Source of the DNA: a virus | Taxonomy: Duplodnaviria > Caudoviricetes | IMG/VR virus record: IMGVR_UViG_3300048026_000602 | Coordinates: 1-36,712 of that record | Reading direction: 5' to 3' (one strand) | Length of the DNA stretch: 36,712 bases | Part shown: one piece after another, positions 6,830-16,247 of the stretch | How the letters are laid out: the number at the start of each line of letters is the position of its first letter | Numbering within the stretch: position 1 is the first letter of the stretch | Program-made: the position numbers and the translations under genes | The notes under the pieces: generated by a model | Databases searched by the model: none | Told to the model about the DNA's origin: nothing | What the model saw: only the letters and a program-made list of their open reading frames with translations

Positions 6830-7858
6830 ATGCATCAAATTAATCCACAAACACTTATATCAGAAATCAAGTCTAATATGCGTGCCGGAATCAACACCAT
6901 GGTATGGGGTGGTCCTGGCATCGGTAAGTCAGACATTCCACAACAAGTTGCCGATCAAATGGGTCTCAACCTAATTGACTTTCGTGCAAACTTGTTTGAT
7001 CCAGTAGACGTAAGAGGTATACCTCATATCGTCCAAGTAAAAGAAACTGGCAAACGTTTTACACGCTGGGCTGTACCAGATGTGTTTCCAATACCACAAC
7101 GGGACGGGGACCGTGGTATCTTGTTCATTGACGAGTTACCTACTGCACCACCGGCAACACAGAATGCTTTCTTACAATTGCTACTTACCAGAGAAGTTGG
7201 TGATTACGTTTTACCAGATGGTTGGTCAATCATGGCTGCAGGTAACAGACTAACTGATTCCGCAGCAGTATATCAAATGCCTTCACCTGTTCGTAACAGG
7301 CTTGCTCACTACGAGTTGTCTCCAAATATAGACTCGTGGTCTGATTGGGCTTTTGCTAATGCTATTGAATCATCCATCATTTCTTTCTTACAGTACAGAC
7401 CTAACCTGTTGTACAGTTTCAAAGCTGACGAGTATGCATTCCCTACTCCTAGATCCTGGGCTTTTGTAGACAAAAAAATCAAAGTTCAAGACGATAGAAT
7501 TTCAGAAGAAGATTTCTTTTATGGCGTCTCATCTCTTGTAGGTGACGGACCAGCAGGTGAGTTTGTTGCGTTCAAACAAATAGCAGACAAATTGCCTGAC
7601 ATAGACAAGCTTATTGCTGACCCAAGTACTTATTCTAAAACAAAAGATGAAAACCCAGCTGTATTGTTTGCTCTATCTGGCGCACTTGCTACAAGAGCAG
7701 AAGATTCTAAGATGGAAAACATTATGAAAGTTACATCTAAACTACCTGTTGAGTTCCAAGTTGTAGCCGTCAAAGGTTGTATGTCCAAAGACAAACAACT
7801 TAAAACGCATCCAGATGTAAAATCTTGGATTGTCAAAAATGCTAATGTTATTTTATAA
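6830..7858 (+). CDS. MoxR/dynein-related AAA+ ATPase
   Basis: Walker A GGPGIGKS, Walker B LFIDE, sensor-1 AAGN, Arg finger PVRNR, TPRSW motif. Confidence 0.9.
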   Translation: MHQINPQTLISEIKSNMRAGINTMVWGGPGIGKSDIPQQVADQMGLNLIDFRANLFDPVDVRGIPHIVQVKETGKRFTRWAVPDVFPIPQRDGDRGILFIDELPTAPPATQNAFLQLLLTREVGDYVLPDGWSIMAAGNRLTDSAAVYQMPSPVRNRLAHYELSPNIDSWSDWAFANAIESSIISFLQYRPNLLYSFKADEYAFPTPRSWAFVDKKIKVQDDRISEEDFFYGVSSLVGDGPAGEFVAFKQIADKLPDIDKLIADPSTYSKTKDENPAVLFALSGALATRAEDSKMENIMKVTSKLPVEFQVVAVKGCMSKDKQLKTHPDVKSWIVKNANVIL

Positions 7859-7867
7859 GGAGGTTAT

Positions 7868-8068
7868 ATGAAATTAGATAACATCACACCCGCAGATATT
7901 CTTGAGTTCAAAGCTGCTAATGAAGCTAAGATAAAAGAAATATATGCAATCGACAACTTATCTATGGAGGAAAAGTCTCAACAAGCTTTACCTTTCTATA
8001 GAAATGTAAATTTAATACTTGAACTTGTAGGTTTGATTCAAACTTACAAGTCTAGCCAATCATTATAG
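7868..8068 (+). CDS. Hypothetical protein
   Basis: TAAGGAGG SD; 66 aa. Confidence 0.7.
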   Translation: MKLDNITPADILEFKAANEAKIKEIYAIDNLSMEEKSQQALPFYRNVNLILELVGLIQTYKSSQSL

Positions 8069-8077
8069 GAGGTTATT

Positions 8078-8737
8078 ATGGCTACAGTACGAATGTCTAT
8101 GCGTTTAGTTGATGAAATTGAAAGCGCAGCAAAAACAAAATTTAACAACACTCATGATTTTAAAGAGCAAACTGTGGAGATAGGCGATGTCGCCTTTGAT
8201 ACTCATATCAAACCAAATCTTTCAAAGTTTATCTCAACTACAAAAGAATGTTTCCAAGATACTATTAATATATCTATGAAAGAAATAAATAGTATACAAT
8301 TACATTCTTCTGTACACGATGACGATGACGATAGAGAGTACAACAAATCTTTTGAAATACCTTTGTCAACACCTTACACTGTTCCTAAGTTTATGTGTGC
8401 AAGTTACTATTCAGATTCACTTGATATCCATGTAACACCCACTGATCCTAGTTTTATCAAAGCATTACAAATTGATATTCACAATAACAATCTTGCATTA
8501 AAACGTAGACAGTTTACTAAAAAAATTACTGATACTTTAAATAGTTTTACAACCTTAAATCAAGCACTTAAAGCTTTCCCAAGCTTATCAGATTTAGTTA
8601 AACCTGAATACATTCAAAAAGTTAATGAGAAAGTTAATAGAACTCAAAAAGCAAAAGAACAAAAAGAATTTGCTCAAGACCAACTTAGTGAGCTTAATGA
8701 AGTATTACTAACTGACAAATTATTAGGAGATGACTAA
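8078..8737 (+). CDS. Nmad5-like protein
   Basis: N-terminal VRMS..L.DEI and C-terminal TLNQALKAFP.L resemble Nmad5 (recalled; needs HMM confirmation). Confidence 0.55.
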   Translation: MATVRMSMRLVDEIESAAKTKFNNTHDFKEQTVEIGDVAFDTHIKPNLSKFISTTKECFQDTINISMKEINSIQLHSSVHDDDDDREYNKSFEIPLSTPYTVPKFMCASYYSDSLDIHVTPTDPSFIKALQIDIHNNNLALKRRQFTKKITDTLNSFTTLNQALKAFPSLSDLVKPEYIQKVNEKVNRTQKAKEQKEFAQDQLSELNEVLLTDKLLGDD

Positions 8738-8823
8738 TGGACCTACAACTATTACCAATATTAATGTTTATGGCTTTCTCTCTTTACGCTGTTGCATTAA
8801 TAATTAAGGATAAAGAAAAATGA
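8737..8823 (+). CDS. 28-aa single-TM peptide
   Basis: Hand translation MDLQLLPILMFMAFSLYAVALIIKDKEK; AGGAG SD; coupled at both ends. Confidence 0.6.
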   Translation: MDLQLLPILMFMAFSLYAVALIIKDKEK

Positions 8824-9419
8824 ATAATACTCAATTAATGTACAAACCAGGTGACTGGGTACAATATAATTTTTGCGGCGGTAGAAGTTATGCCAGACTA
8901 AATAGTTACAAATGGTATGTACCTAGACCTTGGACCGATAACAATGATGTTACACATTATTCAGATCCAAAGATTGTGTACAACGCTACTAAAATTTATG
9001 GCTTAAACCAAGGCTATCCTTCTGTTAGTAAGAAGTGGTCTAGAGAAGGTTGGGAACCTCTTAGTGGTTATAACTTAGAAGCTTCTAAAAATTATCCTGA
9101 TTCTTTTCAAAGGGTCGCAAACGATTGGCCAGATGGCATGCAACCTAAAGTAGTTCGCCGTACTCATACTTTTTTACCTGTATGGCAACAAGATATTATA
9201 GGCAAAATAGATTTTGATTCTTTACTTATACCACGGTATCCAACTGATCCTAATGGTTGGAAAGTAGGAAATATTATGGCGTGGCTAGATACAAATAAAT
9301 TAGAAGCTATGTGCTGTCCTGAACTTTCAAAAGATCCAGACAGAGCTAAACATCAATGGTTTATTGAACGTTTTGAACAACGCAAGGCCGAAGTACTAAC
9401 AAGGAAACTAGAACTATGA
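8820..9419 (+). CDS. Hypothetical Trp/Pro-rich protein
   Basis: 199 aa ORF, coupled at both ends. Confidence 0.75.
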   Translation: MNNTQLMYKPGDWVQYNFCGGRSYARLNSYKWYVPRPWTDNNDVTHYSDPKIVYNATKIYGLNQGYPSVSKKWSREGWEPLSGYNLEASKNYPDSFQRVANDWPDGMQPKVVRRTHTFLPVWQQDIIGKIDFDSLLIPRYPTDPNGWKVGNIMAWLDTNKLEAMCCPELSKDPDRAKHQWFIERFEQRKAEVLTRKLEL

Positions 9420-10519
9420 CAAATGAACTATTCACAAAAGCAAGATCAAGACTTATTCTTGACCAACCTTTCTTTGGCACTTTGTGCTTAAGACTTAAAC
9501 CTGTTGAGTGGGAAGACCAAACAGGTGCCACTGACGGTGTGCATTTATTCTACAATTTAAAATGGTTTACTAAATTATCAGAAGCACAACGTATTGGTTT
9601 TCTAGCTCACGAAGTTATGCACTGTGTACTTATGCATCACACACGTAGGCAAGAACGTCACCCAAGTAAATGGAATGTAGCTGCTGACCATGCTATTAAC
9701 CTTTTACTTTTACAAAACAATTTTGTACTTCCAGATGGGGGTTTACATGACTCTCAATATGCCAGCATGTCTACAGAACAAATCTACAATCTCCTGCCTG
9801 AACCTCCTCTAGGTTGGGACGATGTTAATGTAGATTCTGGTGGATGTGGTGGTGTGTTAGATCACCCCCATATGGATGGCACTACTCAAAAACAATCAGC
9901 AATTGAAGCACAAGAAACTGTTGCAATAAATCAAGCTGCAGAATCTGCTAAAGCTGCTGGTAAACTACCTGGTAATTTATCTACTATTATAGAAGCTGTC
10001 AATGAATCTAAAGTAGATTGGCGTTCTGTACTTGCAAGATTCTTGCGTGCTAATAATACTTCTGATTATTCGTGGTCTCGACCTAACAGACGGTTTATAG
10101 GCCAAGGTATGTTTTTACCTTCTGCATACAATCCTTGCTTAGAAGAAATTGCAATTGCAGTTGATACTTCAGGTTCTATATCAGATGAAGAGCTGCAACA
10201 ATTTACTTCAGAAACTACAGCAATCTTACATGACTTGAATCCAAATCATATTCATTTCTTGCAATTTGATACTAGCGTACAAGAATATACTCAATACGCA
10301 CGCGAAGACTTACCACTTAAAGTTACATATCAAAGTAGGGGCGGTACTTGTTTTAGCCCTGTTGTAGATTACATTAACGAGAAGTTACCTAATGTAGCTG
10401 CGTTAGTTTATCTGACTGATCTTGAATCAAACGACTTTGCAGACCAACCATCTTATCCAGTTCTTTGGGTTACAACTTATGCTGAGGAGGCACCTTATGG
10501 CGAAATTATCAAAATGTAA
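9416..10519 (+). CDS. HExxH metallopeptidase-like + vWA protein (DUF2201-type)
   Basis: ATDG, AHEVMH, WNVAADHAIN, MIDAS DTSGS, RGGT, YLTD. Confidence 0.9.
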   Translation: MTNELFTKARSRLILDQPFFGTLCLRLKPVEWEDQTGATDGVHLFYNLKWFTKLSEAQRIGFLAHEVMHCVLMHHTRRQERHPSKWNVAADHAINLLLLQNNFVLPDGGLHDSQYASMSTEQIYNLLPEPPLGWDDVNVDSGGCGGVLDHPHMDGTTQKQSAIEAQETVAINQAAESAKAAGKLPGNLSTIIEAVNESKVDWRSVLARFLRANNTSDYSWSRPNRRFIGQGMFLPSAYNPCLEEIAIAVDTSGSISDEELQQFTSETTAILHDLNPNHIHFLQFDTSVQEYTQYAREDLPLKVTYQSRGGTCFSPVVDYINEKLPNVAALVYLTDLESNDFADQPSYPVLWVTTYAEEAPYGEIIKM

Positions 10520-10676
10520 TAGACTTCTAAAAGATTACGGAAAGTCTATTCTTACCGGTTCAGTAGTGATGCTTATGCTCATTGCTATTGCTGTTTCATT
10601 ACAGCATTTCTTAACACTACTTAGTATTGCCGTACTTTGTGGTGTAGCAACTTATCTTATATGGAGGTTAAACTAA
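10497..10676 (+). CDS. Small membrane protein
   Basis: GAGGAGG SD before ATG 10497; two hydrophobic segments. Confidence 0.65.
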   Translation: MAKLSKCNRLLKDYGKSILTGSVVMLMLIAIAVSLQHFLTLLSIAVLCGVATYLIWRLN

Positions 10677-10828
10677 TGGCACAACTTATATCAGCTGCAA
10701 CAACAGCTCTTTGGATTCTTATTGAACTTATTCAATTTGGTTATATGGCATATCTTATGTGGCAAAGGAGGAATGATGATACTAGTAGGCATACTCAGCG
10801 CGCTAGGACTGCTCTTTCTTGCGCTTAA
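10676..10828 (+). CDS. Small membrane protein
   Basis: GGAGG SD; TAATG coupling; hydrophobic N-terminal half. Confidence 0.55.
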   Translation: MAQLISAATTALWILIELIQFGYMAYLMWQRRNDDTSRHTQRARTALSCA

Positions 10829-11102
10829 AGTCGGTGGCCGTAAGGCCATCGGTCACGATGTTTTTGTAGATGTAATTATTACTATTACATTGTTGCTTTG
10901 TTTTTATGGCACTTTTTCTGGCACTACTGCTGCTATGGTAGGTGGCTTGTGCGCATCGATTGTTTTGTTTATTATGAAGAAAACAATGATGCACGAAAAG
11001 CTTACAGTAAAACAAAAACCTGTTCGTGTTTTCAAAGTAAACTTTAATCGCCCTGCATTTGAATGGGAAGAAGTAAAACCTGATTGGCGTAAGACAGACT
11101 AA
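10773..11102 (+). CDS. Membrane protein (about 3 TM segments)
   Basis: AGGAGG SD before ATG 10773; three hydrophobic segments. Confidence 0.7.
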   Translation: MMILVGILSALGLLFLALKVGGRKAIGHDVFVDVIITITLLLCFYGTFSGTTAAMVGGLCASIVLFIMKKTMMHEKLTVKQKPVRVFKVNFNRPAFEWEEVKPDWRKTD

Positions 11103-11112
11103 GGAGGTAACA

Positions 11113-11295
11113 ATGTCATACAGCGAAGAAGAATTTAATTACAATATAAAAGAAACTTATAAAGATAATTTTATGCTATGGCACAGAATGTCAAATGATG
11201 AACGACGTTTCTATAAAGAAGAACCATTAACAACGAAAGAAGCACTTAAACAATTTATAAAACTATTTGGTACCAGAAAACTTAAGGAGAAATAA
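11113..11295 (+). CDS. Hypothetical protein
   Basis: TAAGGAGG SD; 60 aa. Confidence 0.7.
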   Translation: MSYSEEEFNYNIKETYKDNFMLWHRMSNDERRFYKEEPLTTKEALKQFIKLFGTRKLKEK

Positions 11296-11296
11296 T

Positions 11297-11467
11297 ATGG
11301 GCGCACTAAAAAAATGGATGCATTCCGTTTACGATGATTGTTTTGAACTTGGCGTCTCTGCCACAGCAGAAAAATACAACATACCTGAACAAGAAGTAAA
11401 ACAAGTTACTATGACTTGGGACGATTTTGACGGTCCTTGGGAAGATTATGTTGAATCTGCAACATGA
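11297..11467 (+). CDS. Hypothetical protein (possible HTH)
   Basis: AAGGAG SD before ATG 11297; [12 protein letters not shown] segment. Confidence 0.65.
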   Translation: MGALKKWMHSVYDDCFELGVSATAEKYNIPEQEVKQVTMTWDDFDGPWEDYVESAT

Positions 11468-11613
11468 AATGTAGAGATTGCAATTCAAAAACAAAAGTAA
11501 TCGATTCCAGAACTGTATTAGACGAACTTGTTTATCGACGTAGGAAATGTTTAAATTGTGGAACTACGTTTACAACGTACGAGGAACGGGAAACAAAACC
11601 CTCTAAAAAATAA
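11464..11613 (+). CDS. Stand-alone NrdR-type Zn-ribbon protein (49 aa, no ATP cone)
   Basis: Hand translation [41 protein letters not shown]..., matching the NrdR N-terminus (CxxC, KVIDSR, RRRxCxxC, FTT[FY]E); ATGA overlap with upstream gene. Confidence 0.85.
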   Translation: MKCRDCNSKTKVIDSRTVLDELVYRRRKCLNCGTTFTTYEERETKPSKK

Positions 11614-11632
11614 AATAGTCCAAGGAGGAACT

Positions 11633-11800
11633 ATGAGTGATAACAATCTTATAGCAAAGCTATTAAACAGTATTATTGATGATGTAGAAAGCGGTAATTA
11701 CCATGAACTTGATTCATTATTACGTTTACTAATAGCCTTTGAAATACCAAGAAAAATAATGGAAGACCATGTAGGAGTCTATGATGCCACCAACCCTTAA
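11633..11800 (+). CDS. Hypothetical protein
   Basis: AGGAGG SD before ATG 11633 (MSDNNL...). Confidence 0.65.
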   Translation: MSDNNLIAKLLNSIIDDVESGNYHELDSLLRLLIAFEIPRKIMEDHVGVYDATNP

Positions 11801-13595
11801 AAAATTATATTTAGATTTTGAAACTTATTATGATACTAATGTTTCTTTATCTAAAATATCAACTGTTCAGTATGTCACTCACCCTCAGTTTAAAGTATGG
11901 GGCGTAGGTGTTCGACTAGAAGATGAACAAACAACCTGGATCACAGGTGACGAATGTCATGATTTCTTTGCACAAGTTGATTGGGATGAAATAGCCCTTG
12001 TTTGTCATAATACTTTATTTGATGCTTATATACTTACTCAGTATTACGGATACCAACCCGCATATTATTATGACACAGCGGCCATGGCTCGTGGTACAAA
12101 CCCAAATGAATCTGCACGTTTGATGCATGTAGCTGAGCGTTTATTTCCAAATGACGATACGATGCGTAAAGGAGACGAACTTGTACAAGCAAAGGGCATA
12201 GTTGATTTACCACCTAACGTAGAAGAATCTATTGCTGGTTATTGTATACAAGATGTAGATCTTACTTATGCAATCTTTAAAAGATTACTTACAAGTTATC
12301 CACAGGAAGAGTTAGATTTGATTGACTTAACTGTTCGACTTTTTGTAGAACCTAAACTTATGTTAGACACTGACATGTTAATAGAGCATAGAAAAAACAT
12401 CCTTGAAAACACAAAGAACTTAATAGAAAAAAGTGGACTAACCAGAGAAACTTTAGCCTCTCAAGTAAAGTTTGCTACGTACTTAACTGAGGATCTAAAC
12501 CTTGTAATACCTAAAAAGAAAAGTGTTGCAACTGGTAAAATGATACCTGCTTTTAGTAAAACTGACGGTGGTTACATACAAATGTGTAGAGCTCACCCAG
12601 AGTACAATCATATTTGGGAAGCTAGAGAAGCTGTAAAATCACGTATTGAAGAAACACGTGCTGAACGTATGATAAACGCAACAAATCCAGACGGTACCTT
12701 TAGTGTACCACTTAGATATTACGCTGCACACACAGGTAGGTTTGGGGGTTCAGATAAAATTAACTTACAAAACTTACCTCGGGGCTCTGCGTTACGTACT
12801 GCAATTATAAGTCCACCTAATCGTACTATGTACATTGCTGATTTATCTAATATCGAAGCTCGTATGTTAGCTTGGCTAGCAAAAGAAGCTGATTTGATTG
12901 ACGCTTTTGCTGCTGGCAGAGATGTGTACAGCGAATTTGCTTCTGATATATATGGACGAACAATAACAAAAGCTGACAAGCTAGAAAGATATGTAGGTAA
13001 AACAGCTATACTCGGTTTGGGGTACGGAATGGGGCCTGACAAATTTAAGTTAACACTTAAGTCAGGTTCTCCCTCCGTTGAAATTACAGACTCGACAGCC
13101 ATGGCTATTGTTAGTCAGTATCGAGCTAAGTACCCAAACATTAATCGTTTATGGAACGCTTCTAAACAACTACTATTTTACATGTTGAACCGTAGTTCGG
13201 ATGGCATGACTTACGGACCTTTAACTGTACGCTACAAAGCACTAGAGCTGCCAAATGGTATGCAACTACAATACCCACAACTTGCATATATACAAAATCA
13301 ATTTATGTATATGTCTGGTAAAACACAAATCAGGACACACGGACCTCGTTTAACAGAAAATATAGTTCAAGCTTTAGCTCGTATAGTTATTACTGAGCAA
13401 ATGTTAGAAGTGCACAGACAGCCTGATCTAGATGTTGTACTGCAAATACATGACGAAATTATTTCTCTTGGCTCATCAGTACAACCAAACGAGACATTAG
13501 ATAAGATCCTAGGTATAATGAAAACAGCACCAAATTGGTGTTCTGATTTACCGCTAGATGCAGAAGGCAACCACAGTACAAGATATGATAAATAA
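11781..13595 (+). CDS. polA: DNA polymerase family A with 3'-5' exonuclease
   Basis: Exo I DFETY, exo II HNTLFD, TGRFGG..NLQNLPR, motif A DLSNIEAR, motif B RYVGKTAILGLGYG, motif C IHDE. Confidence 0.95.
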   Translation: MMPPTLKKLYLDFETYYDTNVSLSKISTVQYVTHPQFKVWGVGVRLEDEQTTWITGDECHDFFAQVDWDEIALVCHNTLFDAYILTQYYGYQPAYYYDTAAMARGTNPNESARLMHVAERLFPNDDTMRKGDELVQAKGIVDLPPNVEESIAGYCIQDVDLTYAIFKRLLTSYPQEELDLIDLTVRLFVEPKLMLDTDMLIEHRKNILENTKNLIEKSGLTRETLASQVKFATYLTEDLNLVIPKKKSVATGKMIPAFSKTDGGYIQMCRAHPEYNHIWEAREAVKSRIEETRAERMINATNPDGTFSVPLRYYAAHTGRFGGSDKINLQNLPRGSALRTAIISPPNRTMYIADLSNIEARMLAWLAKEADLIDAFAAGRDVYSEFASDIYGRTITKADKLERYVGKTAILGLGYGMGPDKFKLTLKSGSPSVEITDSTAMAIVSQYRAKYPNINRLWNASKQLLFYMLNRSSDGMTYGPLTVRYKALELPNGMQLQYPQLAYIQNQFMYMSGKTQIRTHGPRLTENIVQALARIVITEQMLEVHRQPDLDVVLQIHDEIISLGSSVQPNETLDKILGIMKTAPNWCSDLPLDAEGNHSTRYDK

Positions 13596-13774
13596 TGAGT
13601 AATTTAGTATTAACAAGAAAGAAAAAAGATTCAGTCATAATTTATGATAAGAATAAACAATTGTGTAAAATTACTATTACTTCTTTAGGTCCTCGACAAG
13701 TTAAGCTTGCATTTGAAGCTGATAATGATGTTAAGATAGACCGTGAAGAAATTTATAAAGCTAAAAATATTTAA
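13595..13774 (+). CDS. csrA: CsrA/RsmA-family RNA-binding protein (59 aa)
   Basis: Hand translation MSNLVLTRKKKDSVIIY...ITITSLGPRQVKLAFEADNDVKIDREEIYK, aligning with E. coli CsrA LILTRR...[20 protein letters not shown]; TAATG coupling to polA. Confidence 0.85.
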   Translation: MSNLVLTRKKKDSVIIYDKNKQLCKITITSLGPRQVKLAFEADNDVKIDREEIYKAKNI

Positions 13775-13805
13775 ACTTAGCTTTCATTAACAAAATGGAG
13801 TTGTT

Positions 13806-16238
13806 ATGAAAATTACTTTTTTAAAAGCAAAACACCCTCTTGTAAAAGAGATAACTAAAAATGGTACAAAACCTTATCCTTTAGTTAAAAAATTTACATC
13901 CAACGAATTTGAAATAAACAAATCTCAAAAAGGTTTAAAAGAATTATTTGAACATTTACAAACTGCAGCAGACGCTGGTGCTTGTTTACACAAAGGTCCT
14001 TTAAAAACACCATTAAAAAATGAATCAAGAGCCTTTGTTGCAGACAGACTTGCACCAGCTGATTTACTTGTAATAGATATAGATGGATTAGAATTACCTA
14101 TTTCTAAAATTACAAACGTACAATCTGTAGCTGAAAAAGTTATTGCACAATTACCTGAATACTTTCAAGATGTTAGTTACATTGCTCAAGCTAGTGCATC
14201 TTTAGGTTTAAAGAAAAATAAAATTAGTTTACATTTCTTTTTTCTTTTAAAACAATCTGTTAACCCTAAAACATTAAAAGAATGGTTACGTATGTTAAAT
14301 TACGAAACCGACATATTAGCTGACCAATTAAAATTGTCAGCAAACGGACAAAGTTTGTGTTACATACTTGACCCATCAGTAGCAGACAATAGTAAATTAA
14401 TTTATATTGCTCCTCCAAAGTTTGAAGGTGTACAAGACCCTATAAAAGATCAACGTTTTGTATTAGTAAAACGAAGCCAAGCTACTTTAGACTTAGCTAC
14501 TTACACTCATAACCCTGAACGTGTACACAATTTAGGCATACAAATAAAAGACAACTTACGTAAAAAACAAAACTTACCGAAGAAAACTGGTAAAGTTACA
14601 ACACTAAGCGTAGCTGGCGAAGCTCAAGATGTTTTACAAAACCCAGATAAAATGACTATTGAAGTTTCTAGAGTAGCTGAGCCTTATGTTAATTGTAATG
14701 TAAATGGAGGCGACAGCGGAGCGTATTACTTTGTATTAGACAACCCTCATTATATGTATAACTTTAAAGGCGAGCCTATTTGGGAAATACAAAAAGCAGA
14801 TCCTGACTTTTATAAAAACATATTTGAAATCTTTGCAGATAAAATTAATAACAATCAAAAACTAAAACCTGTTGTACTAAGAGACTTTCATACTGACACT
14901 TATTACAATGGCGTCTTTAACGATGTAACCCAACAGTTTTCAGATGATTACCCTTTAACTCCTACTAATAAAAACTCTCTTGAAGATTTTATGCGAACTC
15001 ATAATAGAGCATTACCTGATTTTGTTCCAGATGCACGCGTTGTGTTTGACCCTTCCTCAGATAAAGGTATTGAACTTGAAGAAGCTCCTTATTTTGTTAA
15101 TTTATTTAGACGTACACAATACATGTTACAAGCTAAAGAAACACAACAATTAGAATATGGCACAGCAACTAAATTAAAAAAATTAACACCAAATATACAC
15201 ACTCTTATTTCTCACGTACTTGGAAATGGAGTAACAGAATTTGAACACTTTATAAATTGGTTAGCTTATATTTATCAAAACAAAAGAAAAACAATGACAG
15301 CTTGGATTTTTACAGGCGTTCCAGGCACTGGTAAAGGTTTGTTAATACATAAAGTTTTAAAACCTTTATTTGGTGAAGGACAAGTTCCAATGCGTTCTTT
15401 AGAAAATATAGAAGAACAATTTAATTTATACATGCGAACAGCGCTTTTTCTTGTTGTAGATGAATTTCGTATGGCAGATTCAGGTTCTGTAGGCAAAATG
15501 GCTGACAAGTTAAAACACCAAGTTACAGAACCAACTCTCACCATTAGAGCTATGCGTACAAACCAAGTTGAGCTGCCGAGTTTTTGTAACTTTATATTCT
15601 TAACAAACAGGGGAGATGCTGTAAAAATAGAAGACGGTGACAGACGTTACAATGTAGGGCCCAGACAAGAAATTAAAATAGACCAACAACACCCTGAAGT
15701 AATTAATAACATTGACACTCTTTCTCAAGAACTTTTTACATTTGCAGGAGTTCTTAAATCTTTTAAAGTAGATAATAAAATGGCACACACTACTTTAGAA
15801 AATGAAGCTAAATCTCAAATGAAAGAAATATCTATGTCTGTATTAGAAGAATTTGCATTCGCAGTACGCCAAAGAAACTTAGAATACTTTATAGACATTT
15901 TAGAAATACCACTTACAAATACATTTGAAGCTGGCCCTATTACTACTTCTCAAAGATATATAAAAGATTGGATAGCTAAAGCAGGACAAGAAACTTGCAT
16001 ACCAATGTCTCAATTAAAATTAACATATGATGTACTTACTGACAGTCGTAATAAACTTTCTCAAAGAGATTTTACAAAAGCAATGTCACGATTAAATATT
16101 ACTACTGCTGTTAAACGTATAAAAGATAAAACAGTAAGAGGGGTTGTATTAACTTGGAAAGTAGACAATAATGTTAGAGAAGAATTAATAGAAAGTCATT
16201 TCGAAGAAACTGATTTAAACTTATTAAAGAAAGCATAA
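13806..16238 (+). CDS. Primase (AEP-like)-SF3 helicase fusion
   Basis: N-terminal VIDIDG and SLHFF; C-terminal Walker A GVPGTGKG, Walker B VVDE, motif C FLTN, DRRY. Confidence 0.85.
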   Translation: MKITFLKAKHPLVKEITKNGTKPYPLVKKFTSNEFEINKSQKGLKELFEHLQTAADAGACLHKGPLKTPLKNESRAFVADRLAPADLLVIDIDGLELPISKITNVQSVAEKVIAQLPEYFQDVSYIAQASASLGLKKNKISLHFFFLLKQSVNPKTLKEWLRMLNYETDILADQLKLSANGQSLCYILDPSVADNSKLIYIAPPKFEGVQDPIKDQRFVLVKRSQATLDLATYTHNPERVHNLGIQIKDNLRKKQNLPKKTGKVTTLSVAGEAQDVLQNPDKMTIEVSRVAEPYVNCNVNGGDSGAYYFVLDNPHYMYNFKGEPIWEIQKADPDFYKNIFEIFADKINNNQKLKPVVLRDFHTDTYYNGVFNDVTQQFSDDYPLTPTNKNSLEDFMRTHNRALPDFVPDARVVFDPSSDKGIELEEAPYFVNLFRRTQYMLQAKETQQLEYGTATKLKKLTPNIHTLISHVLGNGVTEFEHFINWLAYIYQNKRKTMTAWIFTGVPGTGKGLLIHKVLKPLFGEGQVPMRSLENIEEQFNLYMRTALFLVVDEFRMADSGSVGKMADKLKHQVTEPTLTIRAMRTNQVELPSFCNFIFLTNRGDAVKIEDGDRRYNVGPRQEIKIDQQHPEVINNIDTLSQELFTFAGVLKSFKVDNKMAHTTLENEAKSQMKEISMSVLEEFAFAVRQRNLEYFIDILEIPLTNTFEAGPITTSQRYIKDWIAKAGQETCIPMSQLKLTYDVLTDSRNKLSQRDFTKAMSRLNITTAVKRIKDKTVRGVVLTWKVDNNVREELIESHFEETDLNLLKKA

Positions 16239-16247
16239 AGGAATTAT

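Noticed and set aside
11558-11632. GTG-start extension of the 80-aa ORF
   Set aside because: Overlaps the NrdR-like gene; the SD supports ATG 11633.
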